64,000 nt of DNA. It comes from Candidatus Eiseniibacteriota bacterium. GTDB taxonomy: Bacteria; Eisenbacteria; RBG-16-71-46. Location of the stretch: NCBI GenBank assembly GCA_036522895.1, contig DATDEX010000286.1:3929-67928 (forward strand), in the 5' to 3' direction. Of the stretch, positions 29,066 through 39,440 are shown one piece after another. The position numbers and the translations under genes were made by a program. A model generated the notes under the pieces. The model did not search any database. It was not told the DNA's origin and saw only the letters and a program-made list of their open reading frames with translations. How positions within the stretch are numbered: position 1 is the first letter of the stretch; each line of letters opens with the position of its first letter.

Positions 29066-30769
29066 GTGATGGCGGCCCGCCGCCGGGTGCCGACCGCGCA
29101 AGCGGAGGGGGAGACGTCGCCGTCCGTCGCGCCCGACACTCAGAAGCCGGACCTGAGCGCGCGCGGCACGTGGCTCGCGGCCTGGCCCGGGCTCCTCCTT
29201 GCCTCGGCGGTGTTGCTGCCGTTTCTCGGCAAGGCGCACGCGATCGACGACGTCACGTTCCTGTCGCAGGCGAAGCACGTGCTGCATGACCCGTGGCATC
29301 CGACCGCGTTCGAGATGGTGGCGGACGGCCACCGCCTGCGACTCTCCTCGGCGCTCGCCACAGGGCCGGTCATGGCCTGGCTGCTCGTGCCGTGTGTGCT
29401 GCTCGGGGGCGCGGAGTGGGTGGCCCACCTGCTGCAATGGCTGCTCGTGTGCGTCGTCATTTTCTGCACGGTGCGGATCGGCATCCGCATCGGCCTCGGG
29501 CCCGGCCCGGCACGCCTCGCGGGCCTCCTCGTTGCGAGCTACCCGGCGATGATCGGTATGGCCACCACGAGCATGAGCGACGTGCCGGCCGCGGCGTTCG
29601 CGGCGCTGGCGATGGAACGCTTCCTCGCCTGGCACGAGGAGCGGCGACCCCTGCAGGGGGCGGCGGCGGCCATGGCGTTCGCGTGCGCCGGGCTCGCGCG
29701 CTCGCACGCGCTGGTCCTGCCGCTGGTCGCGCTCGCGCTCCTCGGAGGACCCGCGGACCGGCGTCGCCGCTGGACCGACGCGCTTCCGCTCGCCGTGTCC
29801 TGGATCGTCGCCTACCTGGTGATGCTGCTCACCGCCGACCCCGCGGCGGCGCACGGCACCATGCTCGATGCGATGCGTGGCCGTGGCCTGTCGCCCAACT
29901 GGCGCGGCAACCTGGCGGCGTTCGGCTGTCACTGGCTCGCGACCATCCCGCTCGCGATTCCCTGGCTCTGGGCCCGCGGGTGGCGGCTCGTTCGCGATGT
30001 CTGGTCGTGGCTCCTGTTCGCCGTCGCGGGCGCCTACCTGCTACGGGCTCCCGTGCCGCCGATGCCCGCCCCGCTCGCGGCGGCGACGGCGCTGGCGTTC
30101 GCGGCGCTGGTCGACGTGGTCAGGGACGCGCGGAGTCGGGGTGATCGCGTGCAGATGATGCTCGGCGCGTGGCTCCTGCCGGCGCTCACGGCTCTCCTCT
30201 ACGTTCACCTGCCCTGCAAGCTCCTCCTCGTCTCGGCGCCAGCGGCCGCGCTGCTCACGGCGCGTCTGATCGATCGGGCGGACGCGCGCCTGCCGATGGC
30301 TGTGGCAGGGGCGCTGGTCGCGGCGGGCGCGACGCTCGGCGTGTTGATCGTGCTCGCGGACTCGGAGTTCACGGATGCCGGCCGCCGCGCGGCGAAACTC
30401 ATCGTCCAGCCGGCCGTGCGCGCCGGCGTGCCGGTGCGATTCTACGGGGCCTGGGGCGCCCAGTGGTATGCCATGCAGGCGGGAGCCGAAGTCGCCGCCG
30501 AGTCGGATCCCGATCCCGAACCCGGTGAGATCCTCGTCGTGAGCGCCAGCACACCCGGCGCGACGCCGAGGAGTCTTGTCGGGCTCGAGGCTGTGGGCGA
30601 GATGGGCATGGCGTCCCACTTCGGCCGGGTGATCAGCGGGCCGGACGATGTGGGCTTCTACTCCAACGGCTTCGGGTACCTGCCGTGGACCTGGCGGAAC
30701 GGGCCCATCGAGCGCTTCACCGTGTGGCGGGTGCGCGCGGCGACGCCCGCGCCCGGCAGGTCGCGGTGA
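29066..30769 (+). CDS. Polytopic membrane protein, possible GT-C (ArnT/PMT-like) glycosyltransferase
   Basis: At least 11 predicted TM helices with a GT-C-like layout (long first loop with DD/HD residues: AIDDVTF...HD). Weak family assignment. Confidence 0.45.
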   Translation: MMAARRRVPTAQAEGETSPSVAPDTQKPDLSARGTWLAAWPGLLLASAVLLPFLGKAHAIDDVTFLSQAKHVLHDPWHPTAFEMVADGHRLRLSSALATGPVMAWLLVPCVLLGGAEWVAHLLQWLLVCVVIFCTVRIGIRIGLGPGPARLAGLLVASYPAMIGMATTSMSDVPAAAFAALAMERFLAWHEERRPLQGAAAAMAFACAGLARSHALVLPLVALALLGGPADRRRRWTDALPLAVSWIVAYLVMLLTADPAAAHGTMLDAMRGRGLSPNWRGNLAAFGCHWLATIPLAIPWLWARGWRLVRDVWSWLLFAVAGAYLLRAPVPPMPAPLAAATALAFAALVDVVRDARSRGDRVQMMLGAWLLPALTALLYVHLPCKLLLVSAPAAALLTARLIDRADARLPMAVAGALVAAGATLGVLIVLADSEFTDAGRRAAKLIVQPAVRAGVPVRFYGAWGAQWYAMQAGAEVAAESDPDPEPGEILVVSASTPGATPRSLVGLEAVGEMGMASHFGRVISGPDDVGFYSNGFGYLPWTWRNGPIERFTVWRVRAATPAPGRSR

Positions 30770-30775
30770 GTTGCG

Positions 30776-32965
30776 CTACGGCGCCACGACGGCGTGCGGC
30801 CGGTACGGCACGTCCAGCTCCGAGAAGATGAACGAGTAGATGTCGGCGTACTCCTCGTTTCGCGCATTGAGCGGAGTGCCCACGTGGCCGGTCGTCATGC
30901 TCGTGCGGAGCAGCACGGGGCGCGTGGTCCCGCTGGCCTGGAGCCGGGCCGCGAACTTGAACGAGTTGCTTGGGGCGACGCGCGGGTCGTTGACCCCGGT
31001 GAGGAGCAACGTCGAGGGATACCTCGTGCCGTCGTGCACGTGGTGGTACGGGGAGTAGGCGAGGAGCGCCCGGAACTGGGCCGAATCGCGCACCGTGCCG
31101 TACTCGGTCGTGTTGAAGAGCCCGTTCGGGCTCAGCTCCGATCGCAGCATGTCGTAGACGCCGACCTGCGACACCACGACGCGGGGGAGGTTCGGGTGCT
31201 GCGTGAGCTCGGCGCCCATCAGCAGGCCGCCATTGCTCCCACCCATGATGGCCAGGCGATCGGTCGACGTGTAGCGCCGGTCCACGAGCGCCTGCGCGCA
31301 GGCGGCGAAGTCGTCGAACACGTTCTGCTTGGCCAGGAGCTTGCCCGCCTCGTGCCATGCGTCGCCGTACTCGCGGCCGCCGCGGATGTGCGCCACCGCG
31401 TAGATGCCGCCCTGCTCGATCCAGAGCATGCGGCGGGCCTCGAAATTGGGCTTCATGCTGATGCCGTAGCCGCCGTAGCCGTAGAGGAGGAGCGGTGCCT
31501 TGCCGTCGAGCGCCACGCCCTTCCTGACCAGGATGCTCACTGGAACACGCGTGCCATCGCGGGACGTGACGAATTCGCGCCTCACTTCCACGCCCGAGAA
31601 GTCGGCGGGGGACTTGAGCGCGAGCGCCGTCGGCGCAATCGTGTTCGCGGCCGGGTCGTACCGGAGCCAGCGCCCCGGCTCGGTGTAGCTCTCGCTCCGA
31701 ACGAGGCACTGCTCGCCCTCGTAGCGCGCGAAGCCGTCGACCGAGCTCACGGGCGGAAGCGGCATCTTGCCGAGCGGCTTGCCGTCGAGCGCGAACACGC
31801 GCATCTCGTTCGGGCCGCCCTCGATGTCCTCGACGTAGAGCCGGGTGCCGGCCACGTGGATGGCGTCGATCGCGGTTTCGCTGGCGGGCACGATGGAACG
31901 GGCGTGCTCGAGCGCGGGCTCGCCGAGCGGCACGCGGAGCACCTCGCCGTTGGCGTTGGCCGCGCGCGAGAGCAGGAACAGCCCGTCGCCACCGAACTCC
32001 GCGGCCACCACCCGGTCTTTGAAGCCCGCCACTGCTTTCAGCGCGCCATCGGGGCCGCGCAGCCACCAACCGATCTCGCCGCCGTCTCCGTTTCGCACCA
32101 GGATGCACACGTAGCGCCCGTCATCCGAGCTCTCGAACGCGATCTCCGCGATCTTGGGGAGCTCGCGGCCGAGCAGGTACGTGTCGTCCGAACGCGGCGT
32201 GCCCAGCTTGTGGAACCAGGCCTGCTGGTAGAAGTCGAGATCCCCGGCGGGTCGCTCGCCGGCCGCGGGGTAGCGCGTGTAGAGGAGTCCCGAGCCGTCC
32301 GTCGTCCACGCCACGCTCCCGCCGGCGGTTCCGCCGTTCACGCGCGGCAGCACGTCGGGCTGCTCGCGCCCGGTCGCCACTTCGAAGACGTGCACGTCCC
32401 CGGACTCCGTTCCGCCCTTGGAGAGCGAGACCGCGACCTTGGATCCGTCGAGCGACGGCACGAGGAAGTCGATCGTCACGGCGCCCGTGGGGTCCATGGC
32501 GTTCGGGTTCACGATCACCCGCTCGCGGGAGAGGTCGTCGACCGACGCGAGCGCCACCAGCATCGGCTGGTTCTTCGGGGGCTGGTCCTTCAGCGCGAAG
32601 AGGGTTCCGCCCCGGTATTCGAGCGCGGTGTAATTGGGCGCGATGCTGCGCGAGAGCTCGGCCACGCGGTCGCGGATCGCGGTGCGGGAGGGAAGCTTGT
32701 CGAGCACGCCACGGGTGTAGGCGTTCTGGGCCGCCACCCACGGCTTGAGCGAGGGGTCGCGCCAGTCCTCCATCCACTGGTAGTCGTCGCGAACGGTCGT
32801 TCCGAAGTAGCGGTGCTCGACCGAACGCTTCGTGGCCGCGGGCGGCCTGGGTGGCGCGCTCGCGGCCCGAGCGGACGCGGTGACGAAGTCCGAGACGAGC
32901 GACGCCACCAGGGCGATAACAACGGCCGCGGCGGCGACTCGGGCGATACGCTGCTGGCGTTCCAT
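30776..32965 (-). CDS. Prolyl oligopeptidase (S9A) family serine peptidase
   Basis: N-terminal DDYQWMEDWRDP...WVAAQNAYT (POP N-terminus). Catalytic-serine signature GGSNGGLL. C-terminal His region. Signal-anchor-like N-terminus. Start taken at MERQQR (32965); the ORF extends to 33292. Confidence 0.8.
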   Translation of the reverse strand: MERQQRIARVAAAAVVIALVASLVSDFVTASARAASAPPRPPAATKRSVEHRYFGTTVRDDYQWMEDWRDPSLKPWVAAQNAYTRGVLDKLPSRTAIRDRVAELSRSIAPNYTALEYRGGTLFALKDQPPKNQPMLVALASVDDLSRERVIVNPNAMDPTGAVTIDFLVPSLDGSKVAVSLSKGGTESGDVHVFEVATGREQPDVLPRVNGGTAGGSVAWTTDGSGLLYTRYPAAGERPAGDLDFYQQAWFHKLGTPRSDDTYLLGRELPKIAEIAFESSDDGRYVCILVRNGDGGEIGWWLRGPDGALKAVAGFKDRVVAAEFGGDGLFLLSRAANANGEVLRVPLGEPALEHARSIVPASETAIDAIHVAGTRLYVEDIEGGPNEMRVFALDGKPLGKMPLPPVSSVDGFARYEGEQCLVRSESYTEPGRWLRYDPAANTIAPTALALKSPADFSGVEVRREFVTSRDGTRVPVSILVRKGVALDGKAPLLLYGYGGYGISMKPNFEARRMLWIEQGGIYAVAHIRGGREYGDAWHEAGKLLAKQNVFDDFAACAQALVDRRYTSTDRLAIMGGSNGGLLMGAELTQHPNLPRVVVSQVGVYDMLRSELSPNGLFNTTEYGTVRDSAQFRALLAYSPYHHVHDGTRYPSTLLLTGVNDPRVAPSNSFKFAARLQASGTTRPVLLRTSMTTGHVGTPLNARNEEYADIYSFIFSELDVPYRPHAVVAP

Positions 32966-33107
32966 GGAATCCTCCTCGTGCCGGCCTGACGGGCGCCCTG
33001 GTGCGTGGAGAGCACGAGCGTAGCACGCGTGTCCGCGCCGCGGGGACTCGGCAGGATTGAACCGCACCGGCTTTTCGGGGGCCTCCGTTCTTTGAGAGGA
33101 TGGGGTC

Positions 33108-34958
33108 ATGGCACGAACCGGCAGGGTCCCGCTCGAAGCGAGTCGATCGAGCGCGCGGGGGACTGCTCGGGGGCCGCAGCGACTCGACCGCTCCGCCCGC
33201 TCGTGGATGTTCGAAGTAGCCTGCGCCCTCGCCCTGATCCTCGGCATCACCGGCGCCCTCCGGCTCGCGTGGCTTTGTGACGATGCGTACATCTCGTTTC
33301 GTTACGCCGACAACCTGGTGCACGGGCTCGGCCTCGTCTACAACGCCGGCGAGCGTGTCGAGGGGTATTCGAACTTCCTCTGGACAATGGGCATCGCACT
33401 GGGAATGCGGCTCGGCGTGGGTCCGGAGGCGTGGACGGTGGCATGGGGCGTGGTCTTCTTTGCGGCCACCATCGCACTGCTCTGCGCACACGGCGTGCTG
33501 GCGGGGAAGGGGCGAGGTCGCGTAGCGCTCGGGCTGCCACTGGCCGGGCTCCTCGCGGCCGTTCACCGCGACTGGTACGTCTACGCGACGAGCGGGCTCG
33601 AGACCTCGTGCTTCACCTTTCTCGTCACGCTCGCCTACGTGCTGGCGGTAGCACCCGCGGCCCCCGCGTGGTCGGCGGGGTTGGCGCTCGCGCTCGCCGC
33701 ACTCACCCGGCCCGACGGCATCGTGTTCGTGCCCTTCTTCATGTTGTACATGGTGCTGGCGAGGCCGCGCAGAATGCGGTCCGGCCTCGAATGTGCCGGG
33801 GCCTTTCTCACGCTCTGGCTGTTGTACGTGGCCTGGAAGATCCACTACTACGGGGACTTCTTCCCCAACACGTACTACGCCAAGTCGGCCTCACTCGCCT
33901 GGTGGAGCCAGGGTTGGCTCTACGTTCGGCTCTACTTCGAGAAGTACTGGGTGCTCGCACTGGCGATCCCGCTCGTGATCGCGGCCTGGATCCCGACGCG
34001 CGGGGCGGGGAACGCACGCGCCGTCCAGGCGGCCGCTCGGCGGTCCGACGCCGTCCCGGACCCGACGGCCGGAACGGAACCGTCCTTCAGGGCGACCGTG
34101 TTCGCCGCGGCCCTGGCCATCGGTTTCACGCTCTACGTGATGCGCGTGGGCGGGGATTTCATGTATGCGCGGATGCTGATCCCCGCGACGCCGTTCTACC
34201 TCCTCGTGCTCGACTCGGCGGCCGCACGACTCCTCGCTGGAAGACCTCGCCTCGAACTCGCATTGGCAGCGTGCCTCATGGCAGCGCTCGCCCTCACACC
34301 TGATTGGTCCACCGGCAAGGACTCGCAGGCCGGGATCGTGAACGAGCGCGAGTTCTACAGGCCCGAGGAGGTCGAGATCCGACGCGCGCAGGGAGTGGCA
34401 CTCCGGCGCTATTTCGAGGGGTTGCCGGTGCGCATCGCGATCATCGGCTCGCAGGCGAGTCTTGCCTACCTGGCGCGACCCGCCGTCGCGATCGAGGCCC
34501 AGACGGGACTCACGGATCACTGGATCGCACACCAGCCTCTCGCGCGGCGAGGACGCGTCGGGCACGAGAAGCTTGCACCGGTCTCGTACCTGCTCTCGCG
34601 CAAGGTGGACTTCGTGATCCATCACTTCTCGACCGTGAGCCTTCAGCTGAGTCGTAGCGTACCGCTGGTGCCCATCGACTTCGACCGGATTCCGGGCTAC
34701 ATGGTCCACTGGAACCCACCGCTCCTCGCCGAGCTGGCGAGGCGCGGGGCGCGCTTCGTGGACTTTCCCTCGGCACTCGACGATCGAAGGGCGGATTTCG
34801 CCCGCCTCCCGGCGGACTCACTCGCGTTCGAGTACGCGCGGATCAAGGCCTTCTATTTTGATTGGGTCCCTGACTCCTTGCGAGAGGCGCGATTCACGAA
34901 GGGGGAGGTTGGGCGGGCAGGGATGGCCTCGGCTCCGGGGTCACAGGGCTTCCACTAG
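33108..34958 (+). CDS. Polytopic membrane protein, possible GT-C family glycosyltransferase
   Basis: N-terminal CDDAYISFRYADNL...GERVEGYSNFLW in the first periplasmic loop, followed by at least 10 TM helices and a C-terminal soluble domain. Confidence 0.45.
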   Translation: MARTGRVPLEASRSSARGTARGPQRLDRSARSWMFEVACALALILGITGALRLAWLCDDAYISFRYADNLVHGLGLVYNAGERVEGYSNFLWTMGIALGMRLGVGPEAWTVAWGVVFFAATIALLCAHGVLAGKGRGRVALGLPLAGLLAAVHRDWYVYATSGLETSCFTFLVTLAYVLAVAPAAPAWSAGLALALAALTRPDGIVFVPFFMLYMVLARPRRMRSGLECAGAFLTLWLLYVAWKIHYYGDFFPNTYYAKSASLAWWSQGWLYVRLYFEKYWVLALAIPLVIAAWIPTRGAGNARAVQAAARRSDAVPDPTAGTEPSFRATVFAAALAIGFTLYVMRVGGDFMYARMLIPATPFYLLVLDSAAARLLAGRPRLELALAACLMAALALTPDWSTGKDSQAGIVNEREFYRPEEVEIRRAQGVALRRYFEGLPVRIAIIGSQASLAYLARPAVAIEAQTGLTDHWIAHQPLARRGRVGHEKLAPVSYLLSRKVDFVIHHFSTVSLQLSRSVPLVPIDFDRIPGYMVHWNPPLLAELARRGARFVDFPSALDDRRADFARLPADSLAFEYARIKAFYFDWVPDSLREARFTKGEVGRAGMASAPGSQGFH

Positions 34959-35048
34959 GACGAAGGGCCCGCGCCCCCCCCCCGGTCTGGAAGCGATCTC
35001 ACGGGCGCGAGTACACTTTAGCTGGCGGCTGCTCTCGCGCCTCGCGCG

Positions 35049-36638
35049 GTGAACGCCTTCATGCAATCGAAAGAGTGTGGCGGCGACATGTTCTTCGGGT
35101 CGTGTGACGGAGCATCAGCACAGTCGACGCGCGGGGACGAACCCGCGATTCGCTCGAGCGCACGGCACGTCGTTGTTGCGTCGGTGTCGCTCTGGGCCGT
35201 GGTCGTCGCCGCCAGCCCCGGTGTCGTGCTCGGGCAGGGCGGCGAGCCGGTCTTCCACGTGGACTCCGAGATCCATCCCACGTATTCGGTATTCCACGAT
35301 CCGGACGGCAATGTGTCGGTGAAGGAGTTCGCATTCTTCAATAATGTCGTATCCCTGTCGGACACCACGTTCACGCCGGACACGATGATCGTGTCGCTCC
35401 GATTGCGCGAGCTATTCCACTTCGTCTATCAGCGTAGCGGGGGCACGCACATCGCCGAGACCACGTTCGGGCATGCGTGGTCGCCGGACCTGCTGCACTG
35501 GCTGGTGGACACTCTCGCGTTCGCGGTGGACACGACGTGGTGGAATCGCCGCCACGTGTGGTCGCCCAGCCTGATCGAGGCGAACGGACGCACGTACCTC
35601 TTCTATACCGGGGTGGACGAGCACGAGGACCAGCGCATCGGCTACGTGTCCACGGCGGTCCTCGACACCTCGGAAACGGTGTGGGATCCGCCGCGCGTCA
35701 TGGTGTGGGAGGCGGAGAGCACCGGATGGGCTGTGCCCAACCCGCCGATCTACAGCGGTCAAACGCAGTTCCGCGACGCCTATGTGATGCACGACCCCGA
35801 ACAGGCCGGTTGCCTGCTCATGTACTTCGACGCCCACGATTCCGTGGACACTAACCTTGGCCGTGGCGGGCTGGTGGTGGGAGTCGCACGCAGCGATCCC
35901 GGCAGCGTAGACACTTGGCACGACCTCGGATACTTCCCGACGACACTCCGGAGCGTCACGAACGTCCCCCAGCTGGAAGGACCCCACATCTTCCCGGTGA
36001 ACGGCACCGACAGCGGATGGCGGCTGATGTTCTCGAACGCGGGTTCGCCGCCCGGCGAGAATGGCGGGACCACGATCCGCTTCATCGCACTCGCCCCGGG
36101 GGAGAGCCCTGCGGACACCACGGCCGCCCATTGGAGCGCGCCGGTGATCCTCCGGGACTACCTGAATGGCCTGCCGACGACGACGGGTTGGAGCGGCAGC
36201 GAGGAATTGCACGTTTCGGGTGCCGACTACCTCGGCGGATTCACCGCGTGGTCGGTCGGCGCGACGGGCATCGCGTTTACGCGCGTGATCTGGAACGGCA
36301 GCGACTTTACGCTCGCCGCACCCAGCGTCACCTCGGTGGATGAGTACCACTCGCGCACGCGCGGCCTGACGCTCCGCCTGGTGGATTGGAGCCCACACAC
36401 ACGGCGGGTGAGGTTCCAGATCGATTCACCGCTCGGGTTGGCGGCGAAGCTCGAGGTGTTCGACGCGCAGGGCCGACGCATCGCAACGCCGTTCGACGGC
36501 GAAGTCGCCGTCGGGCGTACCCGGGTGATGTGGGACCTGACCGCGCGTGATGCCACGCGCGTGCCGAGTGGAGTCTACTTCGGGCAATTGCGCTTCGCCG
36601 GGGGCGAGCGCACGGTGCGGATCGTCGTGGCGAGATAG
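35049..36638 (+). CDS. Secreted five-bladed beta-propeller glycoside hydrolase-like protein (GH43/32/68 clan) with T9SS C-terminal domain
   Basis: WSPSLIEANGRTYLFYTG, FRDAYVMHD and FDAH..D motifs resemble the GH-J/F propeller. CTD ending ...VYFGQLRFAGGERTVRIVVAR. Confidence 0.5.
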   Translation: MNAFMQSKECGGDMFFGSCDGASAQSTRGDEPAIRSSARHVVVASVSLWAVVVAASPGVVLGQGGEPVFHVDSEIHPTYSVFHDPDGNVSVKEFAFFNNVVSLSDTTFTPDTMIVSLRLRELFHFVYQRSGGTHIAETTFGHAWSPDLLHWLVDTLAFAVDTTWWNRRHVWSPSLIEANGRTYLFYTGVDEHEDQRIGYVSTAVLDTSETVWDPPRVMVWEAESTGWAVPNPPIYSGQTQFRDAYVMHDPEQAGCLLMYFDAHDSVDTNLGRGGLVVGVARSDPGSVDTWHDLGYFPTTLRSVTNVPQLEGPHIFPVNGTDSGWRLMFSNAGSPPGENGGTTIRFIALAPGESPADTTAAHWSAPVILRDYLNGLPTTTGWSGSEELHVSGADYLGGFTAWSVGATGIAFTRVIWNGSDFTLAAPSVTSVDEYHSRTRGLTLRLVDWSPHTRRVRFQIDSPLGLAAKLEVFDAQGRRIATPFDGEVAVGRTRVMWDLTARDATRVPSGVYFGQLRFAGGERTVRIVVAR

Positions 36639-36715
36639 GGCGATCGCGCGCGGGGTGGTGCTCGCGGACACGTGGCGCTCCCGGCGGGATTCGAACGCTG
36701 GCCCGAAGGCGGATG

Positions 36716-37414
36716 CTATGCGTCTGCGTTGCGCGGGTTCGCGCCGATGAACGCCAGCCACAACACGACGATGAACTCTCCGAAGTAGAACGGCATGGCC
36801 AGTTTGCGGACCGTCGCGACATACTCTGGAAAAGCGAACCCGGCAACGCAAGAGAGTACGTACGCGATGCCCGAGATAATGAGGAGTACGCCGAGGAATT
36901 TCGGCAGGAAGCCGGACTTGATCGTCAATGTCGCGAATGGGAAAAGCCACAGACCCCAGAGCGCCGTCAGCATCTCGCCCTGCCTTCCAGCCAGACTGAA
37001 GGATGCGTACGACAGCGCCTCCAGCTGTGGTCTGCTGATGGCGGACGAGTATTCCGCACCGCTCAAGAGCACGAGAGGCGTGGCATTCAACACGAAGCCC
37101 GCGAATTGCGCGGCAATGCCGGTTCCAACCAGCGCAACCATGACTCGGGCCTGGTTCGGATCCACGTCCTTGAAAAGGCGGTAGAGCGCGAGCACGACCA
37201 GAATGAAGAGGATCTGCACGACCAGGGCGATCAGCATGCTGAGTCGGTAGAGTCGCTCGTTTGCGAGTATGTTTCGCGCGGTCGCCGCGGGGTCTCCCGA
37301 GACGAAAAAGAGGCGGTGAACGTAGAAGTAACCGATGATCGCCAGGATGGACATCGCGAGATAGAGCAGCCCGGCTTGTCTGGCGCTGCGTCTGATTTCG
37401 GTCGCAGACGGCAT
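36716..37414 (-). CDS. DUF4386-family membrane protein
   Basis: N-terminus RQAGLLYLAMSILAIIGYFYV..NERLYRLSMLIALVVQIL and 5-6 TM helices typical of DUF4386. Confidence 0.5.
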   Translation of the reverse strand: MPSATEIRRSARQAGLLYLAMSILAIIGYFYVHRLFFVSGDPAATARNILANERLYRLSMLIALVVQILFILVVLALYRLFKDVDPNQARVMVALVGTGIAAQFAGFVLNATPLVLLSGAEYSSAISRPQLEALSYASFSLAGRQGEMLTALWGLWLFPFATLTIKSGFLPKFLGVLLIISGIAYVLSCVAGFAFPEYVATVRKLAMPFYFGEFIVVLWLAFIGANPRNADA

Positions 37415-37439
37415 CGAAGGCCCTCCTCGGCGTTCGGGT

Positions 37440-39440
37440 GTGCTGCCACTACGCCACGGCCAGGTGCATTGTTTCCGGACCTCGGGACCCTCGACGACCG
37501 TTGGGGGCGTGCGGGCACCGGACGCTACTACGAATGGAGCACACGCGTCCTGCTCCCTGAAGCTGTCAAAGGGGTGGGCGTGCGCTCGACCCTGCGTCGG
37601 CTGGAGCCGACGGGATGCCGGATCCAGCGTCGTGCATCATCGAGGCTGGCGGCCGCCGGTCTCGGCAGCTCACTGGCGTGCGGAGGGTACGTCGCGGAAG
37701 GCGAGGTTTCGAAACCTGCGAGGAGGGTGGGCTACAGCGTGGGCTCTCGCCGCGATCGCGGTCATCGCGATTGGAGGCACGACGAGCCGGGCGGAATCTG
37801 TTGCGGCCGCGGTCGATTCCTCGGCGGTCGCCTCCAGCGGATGGCCTGGCGTGAACCCGCAGTTGATCGCGGCGGCCGCCGAGGTGTGGGCCATCCTGGC
37901 GCGCCCCGACAACCCGGTCTGGCCCGGATGGGATGCCTCGAACACGCCGCTCCTCCTGTACCTGCCCGGCCGGCAGGATCTGCTCATCAACCATCCCCAC
38001 CCGCCCGCGGGGTTCCACCCCTACACGGGTGGGGTGCGCGTGCCCGGCGCGGGCATGATGGTGCGCGACGGCGCGACGCTCATCACGTCCGATGGCCAGA
38101 ACACCTCCGCGGACGTCGCGGGTGTACCGACCCTGGTGGTCGCCGACCCGCTGTCGACGCTGCGCCAGCGCGTGGCGACGCTCATCGAGGACCCGCGCTC
38201 CGCGAGCGACAAGGTGCGCGGTCTCGAGTTCGACGACTTGCTGGAGGACCCGTACGTGAAGATGGCGACGGTCGCGCACGAGGCCTTCCATGTGTACCAG
38301 GGCCGTGTGGCCCCGAACCGGTCGAACGAGATGCTGTTGCTCTAATACCCGGTGCTGTCGGTGGAGAACAACGTCGGGTTCGGGCTCGAAGCCTCCGCCC
38401 TGGCCGCCGCAATCGCCGCGCCCGACGAAGGGGCGCTTCGCGCGGCGGCGCTGCGCTGGCTGGCCGTGCGGCTGGACCGCCGCCGAGGGCTTCCGGCGCG
38501 CGCGATCTAGTACGAGGATGGCACGGAGTTCACCGAGGGGCTTGCGAAGTACGTCGAGTATCGGCTGTTCCAGGTTCTCGAGGGGCGCCCCGCCGGCCCC
38601 ATGCTCGCCGGGATGCAAGGGTTCCAGGGCTTCGCGGATCTTCGCCCGCAGCGCGAACGACTCGTGCGCGAGATGGTTCGAAATCTGCGCGGTGAGGTGA
38701 TCGTGAACAATGATCCCTGCGGCACGGCACCGCTCCGCTTCCGGCTCTACTACTCCGGCATGGCGATCGGCGTGCTGCTGGATCGCCTCGCGCCCGGGTG
38801 GCACCACGACATCATCGTCGCCGACACCTCACTCACGGCGCTGCTCCGCGACGCGCTGCGGCCGACGGACACGGAACTGGTCGCGGCGTTGGCCACCGCC
38901 CGTGCGGATACGGGCGTGGCCATGCTGCGCGCCGCGAAGACGCGGCTGGCCGAGGAGGGTCGCACGCGCATCCTCGGGAAGCTCGCGGCTCTCGAATCGG
39001 GGCCCGGCACGCGCTTGATCGTGGATTACTCGGCCCTGGGCACGCCCGGGGTCGCCCTCTCGTTCACGCCGTTCGGTATCACGGTCGTGGACTCGGTGCG
39101 CACGTTTCTTCGAGCAGCTGCCGATTCAGGTCACCTTCCCGGACGGCTCCCGGCTCAAGGAGTCGTTCGCGCTGCCCGTGCTGCGCGATACCCACCGGCG
39201 CGAGATCTCGTGCCGGCTGGCCAGGACTGTCACACCGGCGGATGTGGAGCGAAGTCTCGGTGGGAGCATGGGCCGGGGCGCAACGCCCCGCCCGGATCGC
39301 TGAGCGGCCTTCGGGGATACACTGCTTCGACACGCTCCCAGCTCGTCGCCTTCGTGGAAGTCCCCATCGCTGCGACGTCCACTCCGCATTGGGCCCCACT
39401 GCTGGGTGCGACCGCGGCCGAAACGGCGAACCTATCGTAG
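37440..39440 (+). pseudogene. Secreted HEXXH zinc-metallopeptidase-like gene interrupted by two in-frame stop codons
   Basis: A single reading frame is maintained for about 2 kb. HEAFHVYQ lies at about 38270. An in-frame TAA sits at 38343-38345 and an in-frame TAG at 38508-38510; both are followed by TAC. Coding-like sequence continues through both stops and resumes as the 38601-39440 ORF. The 5' start is uncertain. Confidence 0.5.
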
